From a virus: DNA of 64,000 bases. Within the stretch, counting starts at the first letter, position 1. Every line of letters starts with the position of its first letter. The notes under the pieces were generated by a model, which worked only from the letters and a program-made list of their open reading frames with translations, was not told the DNA's origin and searched no databases. Positions 26,670-37,132 of the stretch are shown here, piece by piece. The DNA is taken from IMG/VR virus record IMGVR_UViG_2849712525_000001, one strand, 5' to 3'. The translations under genes and the position numbers were made by a program.

Positions 26670-27422
26670 TTAAATATTAAATAAATGCCCAACTATGAGA
26701 GTTGCATTATCTTCTCCGCCTGCCTCATTAACTTTCTTTAAAACCATATCGACTCCTTCATTTATTGTTTGAGCTGTTGCTAGGATTGATATGACTTCAT
26801 CAGGTGTTATATATCTATAGATACCATCACTTGTCATTAATACAACATCATCCTCTTTTAGATTTCCTGTTAAAAGGATATCTGCAGAAACTTCTGGAAA
26901 TACTCCCAATGCAGATGTTAGACGACATCTTCCAGGATGTATATAGAAATCTTTTTCTTCAATTTTACCTGCCATCAACTCTTCATATGTTTCAGAATAG
27001 ACTCTATTCACTCTTTTAAACTGTCCATTTCGAATAAGCTGTATTTCCGTATTTCCAGTTGACGCTGTTAAGAAGTTAAATGATGTTTTACTGATTACTG
27101 ATATTGATAGTGAAGAATAAATATTTCTGTATTTTTCACTCATTGCGTTGATTGATAGGAATGCCTGTGAGACTACATAAAAACCGAAATCTAGAGAGTC
27201 TCTAATATCTATAATGGTTGTTTTATCATTAATGATTTTATGTAGATACTGGCTCATAATATGAATAGCGAGCTGACCTATATTAATATCTCCAGCCTGC
27301 CCACCATTACCATCAGCTACCATAAGTATATAATAATCCCCTATTTCCTCCATTAAAATTCCATCTTCCAGCTTATCAAGCTGACATTTTGCTGTATTCC
27401 CATAAAAATAAAGCTGCTTCAA
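26670..27422 (-). CDS. PP2C-family Ser/Thr protein phosphatase
   Basis: MVADGNGGQAG and SDGIY..DNATLIV motifs; 250 aa. Confidence 0.75.
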   Translation of the reverse strand: MKQLYFYGNTAKCQLDKLEDGILMEEIGDYYILMVADGNGGQAGDINIGQLAIHIMSQYLHKIINDKTTIIDIRDSLDFGFYVVSQAFLSINAMSEKYRNIYSSLSISVISKTSFNFLTASTGNTEIQLIRNGQFKRVNRVYSETYEELMAGKIEEKDFYIHPGRCRLTSALGVFPEVSADILLTGNLKEDDVVLMTSDGIYRYITPDEVISILATAQTINEGVDMVLKKVNEAGGEDNATLIVGHLFNI

Positions 27423-27552
27423 TTTTAATCACCTCTTTTTTCATCGTACTCTCCTATTATATATCAATATTTGTTAAAAGAACAAATATAAATGCATAGA
27501 GTTATGAATAAAACAAACCATGTTATAATAATGAGGTAATGGAGGTGATTAC

Positions 27553-28542
27553 ATGAAGTTTAAAAAGATTGTTATGAGTATCATGGGTATTGGACTCTCA
27601 TTAAATCTTGTAGGAGTCTCGCCTGCATATGCAACAGATAATCCTTTGAAAGATTCCCAAGAGAAGGAGCAGGAAAATTTGAAGAAAAAAGCTCAAAAAG
27701 AAGATATTTCTAATAAGGCTGACGAAAATCAACCCTTTAGCATAAAGGATGAGGCTTATTCAATCTATGCATCATCTAAAGAGTCTTTTAATAATTTACA
27801 GATGCAATATGGCCATTTAGATGGAGACTCTCAAGCTGGTCAAGGATTTAAATCATATCTTAAGATAATAAGTGAGGATAAGGAAAATCAGCAGTTACAA
27901 GCAAGATTAAATCAAATGGCACAAGGAGATTATAGTGTGAACGTTTCTGCTGATAAATATGATTCATTGAAGGACGCTGTTGAAGGAGTGACTGATGAAC
28001 AAAAGGAATCTAATATGAATACTCAGGAGAATGAGGAGTCTAAAAGTAAGGATTCCCAGATTATAAATTCAGATGATTACAATAGTGATATAGCTTTTGG
28101 TTCGGGTTATCAGTCATATGTTCAGCAATATACCAATAAATATGAACAGAATAAAAAAGATACTCAAGATAGCTCAGAGGAGGTAACTTCGCAACAAACC
28201 AAGGAATTTGGCAAAAGCAAGGAGAATAGTCAAAGTCAAAGTGAGAAAGATAAACAGGAAGTTGCTCAAAAAGAAAAAGAGAATAGGGAGGCTATTCAAA
28301 GAAATTACAATAAGCAATTTGATTCTCAAAAGAATGAGAATAGCCAAAGTCTTTCCAAAAACGAAAAGGCTAATGAGAAGTTTTTAGAGTCTGGAAAGAA
28401 TAAAAGTATTCTTAAAAGCTATAATCAATTGAAAAATGCGATTGTTGCTTCTCAAAAGGCTGTTTCTAATGCTGGAAAATCAGCAAGTGCATCAAAGAGT
28501 TATGAAAATAAAGTAAAAAACATAATTGCAAAATCTAATTAG
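27553..28542 (+). CDS. secreted low-complexity acidic protein
   Basis: Signal peptide ending VSPAYATD; Glu/Gln/Lys/Ser-rich; 329 aa. Confidence 0.5.
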   Translation: MKFKKIVMSIMGIGLSLNLVGVSPAYATDNPLKDSQEKEQENLKKKAQKEDISNKADENQPFSIKDEAYSIYASSKESFNNLQMQYGHLDGDSQAGQGFKSYLKIISEDKENQQLQARLNQMAQGDYSVNVSADKYDSLKDAVEGVTDEQKESNMNTQENEESKSKDSQIINSDDYNSDIAFGSGYQSYVQQYTNKYEQNKKDTQDSSEEVTSQQTKEFGKSKENSQSQSEKDKQEVAQKEKENREAIQRNYNKQFDSQKNENSQSLSKNEKANEKFLESGKNKSILKSYNQLKNAIVASQKAVSNAGKSASASKSYENKVKNIIAKSN

Positions 28543-28552
28543 GAGGAGAAAA

Positions 28553-29017
28553 ATGAGAAAATTAATAAGAATCATATTGGTTTTCTCTTTCTTTTTGAAT
28601 ATTTATGGTTGTCAGAATGTTGACAGGAAAGAAATGTTAGATTACAAAGAGATAGAGATTGCCAATCGTCATAATGATGAGGATTTAATTGATAAAGCAA
28701 AAGATATTTATACTTCGAATCTATCCAAGGCACAGGAAGATGAGGAAAGGCAAGTCGCTACAGTCAAATATTTGGATGATATTTATCAGATAGCTTCTAC
28801 ACGAGTAAATCTGGATTTAGATATACTAAATGTTTTTTCTGAAGATTATGAAACATATATTGCTACAATGCAGGCATATTCGGAAGTATATCTTAAGGAA
28901 CGTGGAGAATTAGTTAAAAATCAGTCTTTATCAAAAAAAGAAAATATTGATAAAACAAGTACAGGAAAAATGCTAAAACTTTTATATCAGGCAATTGATG
29001 AGCAAGAGACCCAGTAG
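28553..29017 (+). CDS. putative lipoprotein
   Basis: Start set at MRKLIRI after AGGAGG RBS; lipobox LNIYGC. Confidence 0.5.
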   Translation: MRKLIRIILVFSFFLNIYGCQNVDRKEMLDYKEIEIANRHNDEDLIDKAKDIYTSNLSKAQEDEERQVATVKYLDDIYQIASTRVNLDLDILNVFSEDYETYIATMQAYSEVYLKERGELVKNQSLSKKENIDKTSTGKMLKLLYQAIDEQETQ

Positions 29018-29022
29018 GGTCT
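28996..29022 (+). terminator. rho-independent terminator
   Basis: AGAGACCC-AGTA-GGGTCTCT then TTCGTTT. Confidence 0.5.
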
Positions 29023-29043
29023 CTTTCGTTTATATAATAGCAT

Positions 29044-30036
29044 TTAAAGTATCAATACAGTATCATTCATTTTGAAATATTCAGAACTGAGATATAACTC
29101 CTCAGCATTCATGAGAAGTTTTGTGAATTTGTAAGATTCAATAGGCTTTTTGACTGTTACTTTTTTTGATATCTCAAATATTTTTTCCCCTTGCAAATAG
29201 AATATACCATCAATCACCTCAATAATGACCTTGAATGGGGCATTTGTTTTTTTATTAATAGAACTATTCTTCTTTTTTAAATTCAATTCCTTCAGCTGTT
29301 TCAGTTCTTCCAAAGAAAGAGCATATTCTCTTGCTTTGGCATATTCACATAAGTATGCTTCATCTGTGTCTATTAAAGGAGCTACATAAATATCATTTTT
29401 CCCCTTAAATATTAAAGTTGAGGAATGATTGCGAGTTTGGATGGATAATTCTATATTTTCATATAATCCATCAGCAAAGCTACTTATTGCCTTGCAGATA
29501 CTCTTTGAGAGATGATATGCAAGATTTTTGTTGGTGCTTGTGACACCTTCAAGTCTTAGCTGATGAATGCAATCTGTTCCCCAAAAATAAAGTTCCTTAT
29601 TTTGAAGAATGAAAGTGGGATGTTGCAGGAATTTTAGATAGCTGAGACCTGTTGTCATTTCCTCTAGAATATTAAAATTTCTTAGCGTTCTGGAATGAAT
29701 ATTCCCTATAGCCTCACCAGTAATATCCAATATACTTAAATCCGCCTCTTTATAGGGTATTGTTATTTCTTCTACTAAGCTTCCATTCTTTTTCATATAA
29801 ATAACTATCCTATGGTTTTGAATGCCAAAGACATGCTTTGCGCCATGAATTCTCTTATATCCCTGATAAAAATCCTTTATTGTAAACATGATAGGTGCTT
29901 CAATCTTTTCTGGTAATATATGAATTTCTTTCGTTTTTGCTATGCTATCAGTTATACAGCATTTGTTATCAATAAAAATAATATCCCCTTCCCTATTCTC
30001 ATAATTCTCTATAAACTTAATATTTCTCTTAATCAT
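29044..30036 (-). CDS. hypothetical protein (replication module)
   Basis: 330-aa ORF in minus-strand operon with exonuclease/resolvase genes. Confidence 0.45.
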   Translation of the reverse strand: MIKRNIKFIENYENREGDIIFIDNKCCITDSIAKTKEIHILPEKIEAPIMFTIKDFYQGYKRIHGAKHVFGIQNHRIVIYMKKNGSLVEEITIPYKEADLSILDITGEAIGNIHSRTLRNFNILEEMTTGLSYLKFLQHPTFILQNKELYFWGTDCIHQLRLEGVTSTNKNLAYHLSKSICKAISSFADGLYENIELSIQTRNHSSTLIFKGKNDIYVAPLIDTDEAYLCEYAKAREYALSLEELKQLKELNLKKKNSSINKKTNAPFKVIIEVIDGIFYLQGEKIFEISKKVTVKKPIESYKFTKLLMNAEELYLSSEYFKMNDTVLIL

Positions 30037-30374
30037 CTGACTACCTCTTTGTTTCTATATGGTCCTTTTCTTTTTGGATGAATATCCATAGAGATTGTAA
30101 AGATTGATGTCTTATCCTTGTATCGGGAAATATATTCATAGGTTTTGGAAAGAATGTTGAGAGAATCGGTGTTTATATAAAGGCTGATATTATTGGGAAT
30201 ATAGATTTCATTGAATAGGTAATTTGTAAGTTCCTCATTTGTAAGAAATTCATCAAATCGGGGGTTTTGAAGATATAGCCAAGCAAGATATGACTGTAGG
30301 AATTCCTTATAGATATCCCCCATTTTCTCTAAAGCTTTTGATTTTTTTTTCTTAGCTTGTTCTTTTAGGCTCAT
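30033..30374 (-). CDS. hypothetical protein
   Basis: 113 aa; start overlaps upstream stop. Confidence 0.4.
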   Translation of the reverse strand: MSLKEQAKKKKSKALEKMGDIYKEFLQSYLAWLYLQNPRFDEFLTNEELTNYLFNEIYIPNNISLYINTDSLNILSKTYEYISRYKDKTSIFTISMDIHPKRKGPYRNKEVVR

Positions 30375-30955
30375 TTGCTTTCACTCCTGATAGATACATC
30401 AAGTTCTTTATTTTTTGAGATTCCTTTTCTACTATATATATCCTTGTCACGGAAAGCTTTTTTGGAAATAGATATGTAGTCTCTCAATTTATCATCTTCA
30501 GCTAGAGACGTTATGAAGTCCTTTGCATTTTCTATATTTGGCACAGTAATATATTTACATGTGACAGTTCCATATCCCTTAAAATGTATTGATTTCTCTG
30601 TTAGCCCTTCTTTTTTTGCATCAGTCATAATCAGTTCACCAATCTCAGACTTAATACTGTCAGACGCCCCTTTTATTCCTTTAAGTGTTTTTCTTGCTTC
30701 ATTGACATATGTTGAGGATTCCTTAATTAGCGTTTTGGCTAGATTGTGTATTTCTTTATCTGTAAAGCCTCTGTCTTTTAGTGTGCTGATTGTCTCATGA
30801 AGCTCTTCAGGAAAGTCTTCACTATTCTCATAGAATGACTGAATCATTTTGTTTGCACTATCAGAATACTCATCAAAGCGTGAGATATCTTGATTTATAT
30901 TTTGTAAGTCTTCTAGCCTATCTAGAATTTTTTCCTCTGTTTTATAATCTTTCAT
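30371..30955 (-). CDS. hypothetical protein
   Basis: 194 aa, translationally coupled. Confidence 0.45.
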   Translation of the reverse strand: MKDYKTEEKILDRLEDLQNINQDISRFDEYSDSANKMIQSFYENSEDFPEELHETISTLKDRGFTDKEIHNLAKTLIKESSTYVNEARKTLKGIKGASDSIKSEIGELIMTDAKKEGLTEKSIHFKGYGTVTCKYITVPNIENAKDFITSLAEDDKLRDYISISKKAFRDKDIYSRKGISKNKELDVSIRSESK

Positions 30956-31511
30956 TGTCTTCCTCCTTTACTGTAATTTTGTTTTTATCAATATCTTCAT
31001 GATAACTTGCAAAGAGTGCAAAGGCATCACTGATATCTTCGTTTGGAAAAATATATCCATATTTTAATCCTAGAATTTCTCGGACTGTTTCCTTTTTTGC
31101 GTGACCATCACCTGTTATGTTTTTTTTAATAACTGATGGTGATAAAAAGTACTGCGGAGTATCTATAAAATAGGACATTAAGAAACCATGGAGTTTCAAG
31201 AGTGTTTGTGATGATTTCAATCTCTTAGGATAAATAAAAATTCCTTCCATATACACACCTGTAATAAAATATTGGTTTTTAAGAGTATCTAGATAGTTTT
31301 TTATGCAGCCAAACTTGAGCTTTTCAAAATCCTCAGGTTTCATTTGGAGAGGTTTTTTGATTTTTGAGAGATTTATATCATCTAGTAATATTCTCTTACT
31401 TTTTTCTTCATAGATGACAACGCCAGTATTTGATGTTGAAGCATCTAAAAAGAGTTGAATAGATGGCTTCTTTTTTAAGAATTTCGTTTCACGTGAAACA
31501 TTTTTTGTCAT
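30942..31511 (-). CDS. RuvC-like Holliday-junction resolvase (phage type)
   Basis: LDASTSNTGVVIYEE N-terminal strand with catalytic Asp, then acidic residues (YMEGIF, DISDAF) as in RuvC/YqgF fold. Confidence 0.5.
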   Translation of the reverse strand: MTKNVSRETKFLKKKPSIQLFLDASTSNTGVVIYEEKSKRILLDDINLSKIKKPLQMKPEDFEKLKFGCIKNYLDTLKNQYFITGVYMEGIFIYPKRLKSSQTLLKLHGFLMSYFIDTPQYFLSPSVIKKNITGDGHAKKETVREILGLKYGYIFPNEDISDAFALFASYHEDIDKNKITVKEEDNERL

Positions 31512-31563
31512 ATTCCTAAACCTCTTCTTTAGCAGAAAAAGAGGCTTTATAGCCCCTTTTCAC

Positions 31564-32238
31564 TTAATCGATTAAACCTTCAGCTTTAAATGCTTCAACT
31601 GCTGCTTCTGTAATGGCTTTGGCTGCTTCGGTATTGAATGTTCCACAATGTGGAGCAGCTTTCCATTCCTTATTTGCATCTTGATAGCGTCTTGATGGGA
31701 ATCTTAAATGATACTTTCCATTTTCATGATGCAATTCGACATCATGCATTGCCATTTTTTCAGTTGTTACAAATGATGCATTTCCAACGAGTGCCTCAAA
31801 AGTAGGAACATCGCGCAATGTAGGGAAACGGATAATTGTTGGGTTTTCTTCTAATGCATTTGCCATTTCATCTTTCTCTGTTTCCACAAACTTTTCTTCC
31901 ACTGTATCTTCAAAAGCTTTAACTACAGCAGCTTGAACTCTATCACGAACTTCCTTAGAAATAGGATGAATATAGCTTTGAGTCTGAGTTTCTCCATTTT
32001 TATCCTGATACTTTTTATATGGGAAGAAGATTGAGAATTTGTCATCTTCTTTTTCTGTCAATGAGACATTGCCAAATAGAGGTAAGCCCTCTGTTGTTAC
32101 AGAGAAGAATCCGACTAATGTTGGATTATTTTCGAATGAAACTTTTCTAGGAAAAGTTACCTCCACTGATGGATTTTCTTTATCAGCTGTTGATTTTGAA
32201 GCTGTAGCTGCAGCTTTTTTTGCTTTAATGCTTGCCAT
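31564..32238 (-). CDS. tandem SpoVG-domain protein
   Basis: Two repeats matching the SpoVG GlFVamPSkrt.dGe.rDIahPi pattern (FFPYKKYQDKNGETQTQSYIHPISKEVRDRVQ and LRFPSRRYQDANKEWKAAPHCGTFNTEAAKAI). Confidence 0.5.
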   Translation of the reverse strand: MASIKAKKAAATASKSTADKENPSVEVTFPRKVSFENNPTLVGFFSVTTEGLPLFGNVSLTEKEDDKFSIFFPYKKYQDKNGETQTQSYIHPISKEVRDRVQAAVVKAFEDTVEEKFVETEKDEMANALEENPTIIRFPTLRDVPTFEALVGNASFVTTEKMAMHDVELHHENGKYHLRFPSRRYQDANKEWKAAPHCGTFNTEAAKAITEAAVEAFKAEGLID

Positions 32239-32352
32239 GTTTATTTCCTCCTTATGTTTCGCATAGATTTACGTATATATTTTATCATAAATTTCATGAG
32301 TTGCGTTTTTCTGTTTGGATGTTATAAGTGTCAAAGGGGTTAGATAGCCCAT

Positions 32353-33090
32353 TTACCCTTTGTCATGAATTATCCAATGCATAATAGCTAATTCTTTTAG
32401 CACTTCCTTTCTGACAACAATGTTAATTGGCTGCTCATATAATCCACATGATAAGACTGGATAGATATTCATGCGATTCCTATTTTTGACTAACTCTCCT
32501 TTTTCATTGAACCTTGCAGCACTCTTTTGGTGTATTTCATATGCTCTTATCTTATCAACAAGTACCTCTAAATCTCCTAAATGTCTTTCAATCTCTTTTT
32601 TAAGAGTTTCTTTATTGATAAGCATTGCTTCTGTTTCAGCTACATTATCTTGTGTCATAAGAGCCTTACCTTGCCTGTAGGATGAAGCTCCAATAATCTC
32701 ATGATAGACGATAAGATAGTATTCTGTTTCTACATCTGGGTTAATTAGCCAACCTTTTTGCGAAGTGTTTATATTTCCTGAAATTTCAAAGCAGAATGTT
32801 GGAAGCTGTGAAGCAATAGACTTTATATCTACTTTGATATCCTGACCATAAAGTTGAGCAATGACGTCAATTCCTCGTAGCTGTCTATCCCTGTCCTTCA
32901 CAATTTCCTGAATATTCATATCCTTAAATATATTCGTGTTTTGAAGATATTGGATAGAAGTTTCTTCAAATGCTTTATCCCCTACCCAGTTTGTTCTTTT
33001 ATTTGATTGTGATGAATGGATAGACCGAGATGTCCTGTTTCCTAGATTTAGTTTGTATGCGTGGTTATTTTCTCTTTTATTAAAATCCAT
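32353..33090 (-). CDS. hypothetical protein
   Basis: 245-aa ORF in the same operon. Confidence 0.45.
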   Translation of the reverse strand: MDFNKRENNHAYKLNLGNRTSRSIHSSQSNKRTNWVGDKAFEETSIQYLQNTNIFKDMNIQEIVKDRDRQLRGIDVIAQLYGQDIKVDIKSIASQLPTFCFEISGNINTSQKGWLINPDVETEYYLIVYHEIIGASSYRQGKALMTQDNVAETEAMLINKETLKKEIERHLGDLEVLVDKIRAYEIHQKSAARFNEKGELVKNRNRMNIYPVLSCGLYEQPINIVVRKEVLKELAIMHWIIHDKG

Positions 33091-33111
33091 AAAGTTTCAT
33101 TCCTCCTTCCT

Positions 33112-33777
33112 TTATTTTTTATCAATATTTAAGATAGGCAAATCACCATTATAGTCTTTTTTTAGATGTTCAAAGATTTGATAAAGTGCTTCAACATCGT
33201 TAATAGCTCTATGTGCGACATATTCAATACCATATAATTTTCCTAAGTCAGACTGCTGATTTGATGCAACAAGTCCTTTTTCTTTTAGCTTCATGTTTAT
33301 TGCCATCTTTAGTGTGTCTAGACTCCTTTCAAATGGAAAGTTAAGTTTGAATCTCTTTGTAGCTACTTTTAACATTCTGTTATCAAAACTATTAATATTT
33401 TGTCCAACTGCTAGACTTGTTTCTTTGCTGTTGCACCATTCAACAAACTGTTTAACTACATCATATTCTGGTGGCTTATCACTTAACATCTTATTTGTAA
33501 TACCAGTAATCTCAACAATTCTTTGAGTGATAAAAATCCCTGGATTGCATAGTGCTGAAAATGAGTCAACAATAGTATTATCTTCAACATAAATAGCTCC
33601 AATTTCAATGATATGGTCCTTATTAGTTAAACCTGTTGTCTCTAGGTCATACATGATATAATTACCAAGCGTTTTATCTGTGACTTGCTGATAGATGCAA
33701 ATCGGAAATCGCAGGCATCTTAAATCATTTGATTCATCCAATAGGCAACCACATATTGGACACTTGTTCTGTTTCAT
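33112..33777 (-). CDS. DEDD 3'-5' exonuclease (DnaQ/epsilon-like) with N-terminal zinc ribbon
   Basis: Exo I motif MYDLETTGL, downstream Exo II/III acidic residues (NINSFD, YVAHRAINDVEAL); CPICGC at N-terminus; AAGGAGG RBS. Confidence 0.8.
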   Translation of the reverse strand: MKQNKCPICGCLLDESNDLRCLRFPICIYQQVTDKTLGNYIMYDLETTGLTNKDHIIEIGAIYVEDNTIVDSFSALCNPGIFITQRIVEITGITNKMLSDKPPEYDVVKQFVEWCNSKETSLAVGQNINSFDNRMLKVATKRFKLNFPFERSLDTLKMAINMKLKEKGLVASNQQSDLGKLYGIEYVAHRAINDVEALYQIFEHLKKDYNGDLPILNIDKK

Positions 33778-34028
33778 CTTTATCCTCCTTTAAATAATAA
33801 GATAATTGAAATTGTATAATAGACTGTTCTTTGATGTTCCTCCTCCTTGAATTGTTTAGACAGAGTCAATATGCTGACCTTGTCTTCAACAAAAAAAGAT
33901 ATACCTCTGCTGAGATATACCTCTTCTTCGTTCTAATATACATTCATATTGTATCATATTTTTTAGCATTGAGTATTTATATTAATCATGAAATTATTGT
34001 TTTAAGAGAAGTGACTCGTGAAATAAAA

Positions 34029-34042
34029 AGGGTTAGTTAACC
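34029..34042. repeat. palindromic motif GGGTTAGTTAACCC (family GGGTTAnTTAnCCC)
   Basis: Related copies at 32338, 34792, 34820, 36050, 38179, 50819. Confidence 0.5.
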
Positions 34043-34047
34043 CATTG

Positions 34048-34069
34048 TAAAGGTCAAGGGCTATTTAAC
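34048..34069. repeat. 22-bp inverted repeat, left copy (AAAGGTCAAGGGCTATTTAACC)
   Basis: Exact reverse complement at 34792-34813; followed by T7 so may also terminate. Confidence 0.55.
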
Positions 34070-34791
34070 CTTTTTTTATAAAAATGCTCTAATTAATTTG
34101 CAGGATTTTATGTTGACTTTTAAAAGGGTTCTTCTTAAGTAAATATAACACTAACTTTATATTTATAATTATTTTTAAGAGAATTTTGGTCGTTTATTTA
34201 TGGTTTTTCTTATTTCTTATTCAGAATGCATTTTATTGGATATTTTTTCAGAAAAACGCATATTTTTTCAATTTTTTGAATTAGCATTATACTATCACTA
34301 TTCAGCCTTTGTTAAGTATAAAGTGAGGTGGGAGGGATTTATCAGGTATCTTGAAAAACTCTTTGAATATACTACCTCCTTAACATTCTTTAAAAACTCC
34401 TCCTATACCCCTTTTATTTCATTTGAGCTTATATGCTATAGCAAGTTTTTATATGATTGCTTATATAATCTCTAAATTTCAATTCTAAGAGACTTTTATG
34501 TGCTTGGTGGATAGTCAGAGGGTGTTTGCGAATAGGAGGCGGAGAGAGGGATTTAAGAGCGTTTTTATATGCTTATGCTTAAAAATATATAAATGTTGAT
34601 AAAGTAATAATTGAGTAACATCTCTTAACATCCCTCAATCTCTTTTAAACTCCTTTTTTTAAATTATGTTGGACCGTGATTCGTTTCATCATCTATTGAG
34701 AATCACCTTATGAAAGGTAGCAGAAAAGCATGTAGAAAGAATTTTATATAGAGCAAGTTTTTATATTGGATATAAAAGGATTGTAGGGAGG

Positions 34792-34813
34792 GGTTAAATA
34801 GCCCTTGACCTTT
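34792..34813. repeat. 22-bp inverted repeat, right copy
   Basis: GGTTAAATAGCCCTTGACCTTT = reverse complement of 34048-34069; brackets a 720-bp segment with no credible ORF. Confidence 0.55.
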
Positions 34814-35168
34814 GATAAAGGTTAATTAGCCTTTGTATATAAAAGAAATGACTGGCATAGGTGATAATCCTATTTACATTCCAGTAAAAATCTAATGACA
34901 TAAAAAACAGGTAGTTGTGGAAGGAGTTAAAGAGATTTTTGTCATGCAGATATGTGTTAGTATATAAAAGTTTCCTTTTATAATTCCTTCTATCCTCTTT
35001 TAATTCTAAATTTTAATAGATACAAAGAATGGTAGGAGGTTTTAATGAGAGTCTGCCTGTTAAGGGGAGTAGTTGGGGTATAAAGAGAATTTTGAGAGTA
35101 GATAAAGCTTATCTAGAAAAGTATGACTTGAGTTTGAGTGGAATAAAAAAAGACTCTCGAGAGAATCT

Positions 35169-35531
35169 TTACAAACACTTTCTAAGCTGTTCAGAGAGAC
35201 TTCTAAGAATTTCCTGAGGGTATCTTACAAGCATGTTCAATGAGTCAGTATAGCAAAACTGTTTAGACTGAAATCTAAATATTATCCATGATAATCCTAC
35301 TAAAAATATAAATAGTATGAGCAGCACCAGAGAAAATGCCTGAGCATTCCATTGATAAGAAATGAGGATATAGAGGAGTGTTAGGAATGTTGAAAGAGCA
35401 ATACTCATCAAATAATAAGTTGAAGTTTTAAATCTTGTATAAATATCAATCTTTGTTTTCTTTCCAGTCCCTAATAAAAACTCTATACATTCCTGCTTGA
35501 TAAGAATAGTTTCTCTTAAGTTAAATTTCAT
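35169..35531 (-). CDS. small membrane protein
   Basis: Start set at MKFNLRET with AGAGGTG RBS; two TM helices. Confidence 0.45.
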   Translation of the reverse strand: MKFNLRETILIKQECIEFLLGTGKKTKIDIYTRFKTSTYYLMSIALSTFLTLLYILISYQWNAQAFSLVLLILFIFLVGLSWIIFRFQSKQFCYTDSLNMLVRYPQEILRSLSEQLRKCL

Positions 35532-36049
35532 ATATGACACCTCTTTTTTTTGTGAGTTACGAATAGCGAACATCTTTTATAGTTAGGATTATAACATAAA
35601 TACTTTTGGAAATCAATAAATATATGTTGCATCAGGTAAAGTATTGCTTTAGCATAAAACTAGGAATGTGGTTGAATCAGAAGCAAACAAAGTATTTTGG
35701 GTAAGTGAATGGAATGGGTTTTTAAGAGAAAGGAAATGAATGTTGAGAGGAGGATAGGGGAGTAGGGAGAAGGGAGAGAGGTAGTAGGGGATAGAAAATG
35801 CGAAATCAATAAAATCGCTTTAAAATCTTCAAAATTAAAAAATTCACCATAAAAAAGTATGATGAAATAAAAGTCCAAAAAAACGCTCAAAAACCTCTAG
35901 AAACTCCTTAAAAATAGTGGCAAATATAAAGTTAGTGTTATATTTGCTTAAGAAGAACTCCTTTAAAAGTCAAACCTTATTGACTCTCAATATATAATTA
36001 TCTAAATATATTAAAAAAAATCCAAAAACTTAAAGAATTATGCTTATGT

Positions 36050-36063
36050 GGGCTAACTAACCC
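36050..36063. repeat. palindromic motif GGGCTAACTAACCC upstream of parA
   Basis: Near-reverse-complement of 34029-34042; 120 nt upstream of parA. Confidence 0.45.
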
Positions 36064-36185
36064 ATGAAAATAATTTCTATTGCGGAAAAAGTCAATTCAA
36101 GTTATAATTGACTTTGATTAGAGTATCTTGGATATAAAAATATTATCAAAAAGCAAGGAATTTAATTGAGAAGGGAATGGTAGCA

Positions 36186-37130
36186 ATGGGCAAAAACACA
36201 AAAGTAATTACACTCTATAATCAAAAAGGAGGCGTTGGTAAAACAACAACAACAATTAATCTCGCTCAAGTTCTAGGGAGTACCTTTAATAAAAAAGTAT
36301 TAATTATTGATAATGATGCTCAAAACTCTCTTAGCTTTCTGGCAAATATACAAATAAGAAATAATGGAGCTGTAGAAGATGAAGATGGATTAAAGACATT
36401 AGGGTGGCTGGAACAGATGTTTCAGTTATACGGAGATGTTCCAACAGTTCGAGATATTCAGGAAACAATTATAACTCCAACATATCAAAAATCGGAGAGA
36501 ATTGAAGGAACCATTGAGTGGGATATAGTCGAGAAAAAATTTGCGTTCGATATGATTCCTGGAACTGGAAAAGACTTATCTTTGGCTGAATTGATTTTTA
36601 TCACGCCCAACGATGAACCTTTTATTCTTAAGCCAGAAAATAGAAAATTGGCGCCATATGTCTTGAAAGTTATCATTGAGCAAATAAAGAAATACTTTGA
36701 TTATGATTATATCTTAATTGACTGTCCTCCATCACTAGGTATCTTAAGTATGGGAGCTCTAGTTGCATCAGATTATTTAATTATACCAACAACAAGTGAT
36801 ATGCTATCAACGATAGGGATTCAAACAATTATAGACAATCTTAAGGAATTACACTTATATGTACCAGACTTTAATATATTAGGGGTTTTGTTTAATTGCT
36901 ATTCAGATACAAAATATGATAATGAGTTGATAGAAGATGTAAGAAATTTTGGAGACTCTCAAGGAATATCTGTATTTGAAGTGAAAATTCCTAAGAAAAA
37001 TCAAATGAGAATGGTAAGTTCTGAAGAGATTATAGCAGTTCTCAAAAACGAGAAGGCTTTTAAGAGTTATACTGAGTCAATTATTGACCTTGCTCAAGAA
37101 ATTATAAAGAAAAGTGAAGGGGGAGAATAG
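36186..37130 (+). CDS. parA: ParA/Soj-family partition ATPase
   Basis: Deviant Walker [17 protein letters not shown]; start set at second ATG (MGKNTKV) 9 nt after AAGGGA RBS. Confidence 0.85.
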   Translation: MGKNTKVITLYNQKGGVGKTTTTINLAQVLGSTFNKKVLIIDNDAQNSLSFLANIQIRNNGAVEDEDGLKTLGWLEQMFQLYGDVPTVRDIQETIITPTYQKSERIEGTIEWDIVEKKFAFDMIPGTGKDLSLAELIFITPNDEPFILKPENRKLAPYVLKVIIEQIKKYFDYDYILIDCPPSLGILSMGALVASDYLIIPTTSDMLSTIGIQTIIDNLKELHLYVPDFNILGVLFNCYSDTKYDNELIEDVRNFGDSQGISVFEVKIPKKNQMRMVSSEEIIAVLKNEKAFKSYTESIIDLAQEIIKKSEGGE

Positions 37131-37132
37131 TT

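Noticed and set aside
29044-30036. Idea that the 330-aa protein is a beta sliding clamp
   Set aside because: Length and operon context fit, but I could not align clamp motifs convincingly; left as hypothetical
34200-34475. 91-aa ORF inside the inverted-repeat-bracketed segment
   Set aside because: No RBS, odd composition, lies in a repeat-rich non-coding region; not credible as a transposase (too small, no DDE motif)
35660-35890. 76-aa ORF in purine-rich tract
   Set aside because: Low-complexity translation of a GGA/GAG-rich non-coding region full of repeats; no RBS
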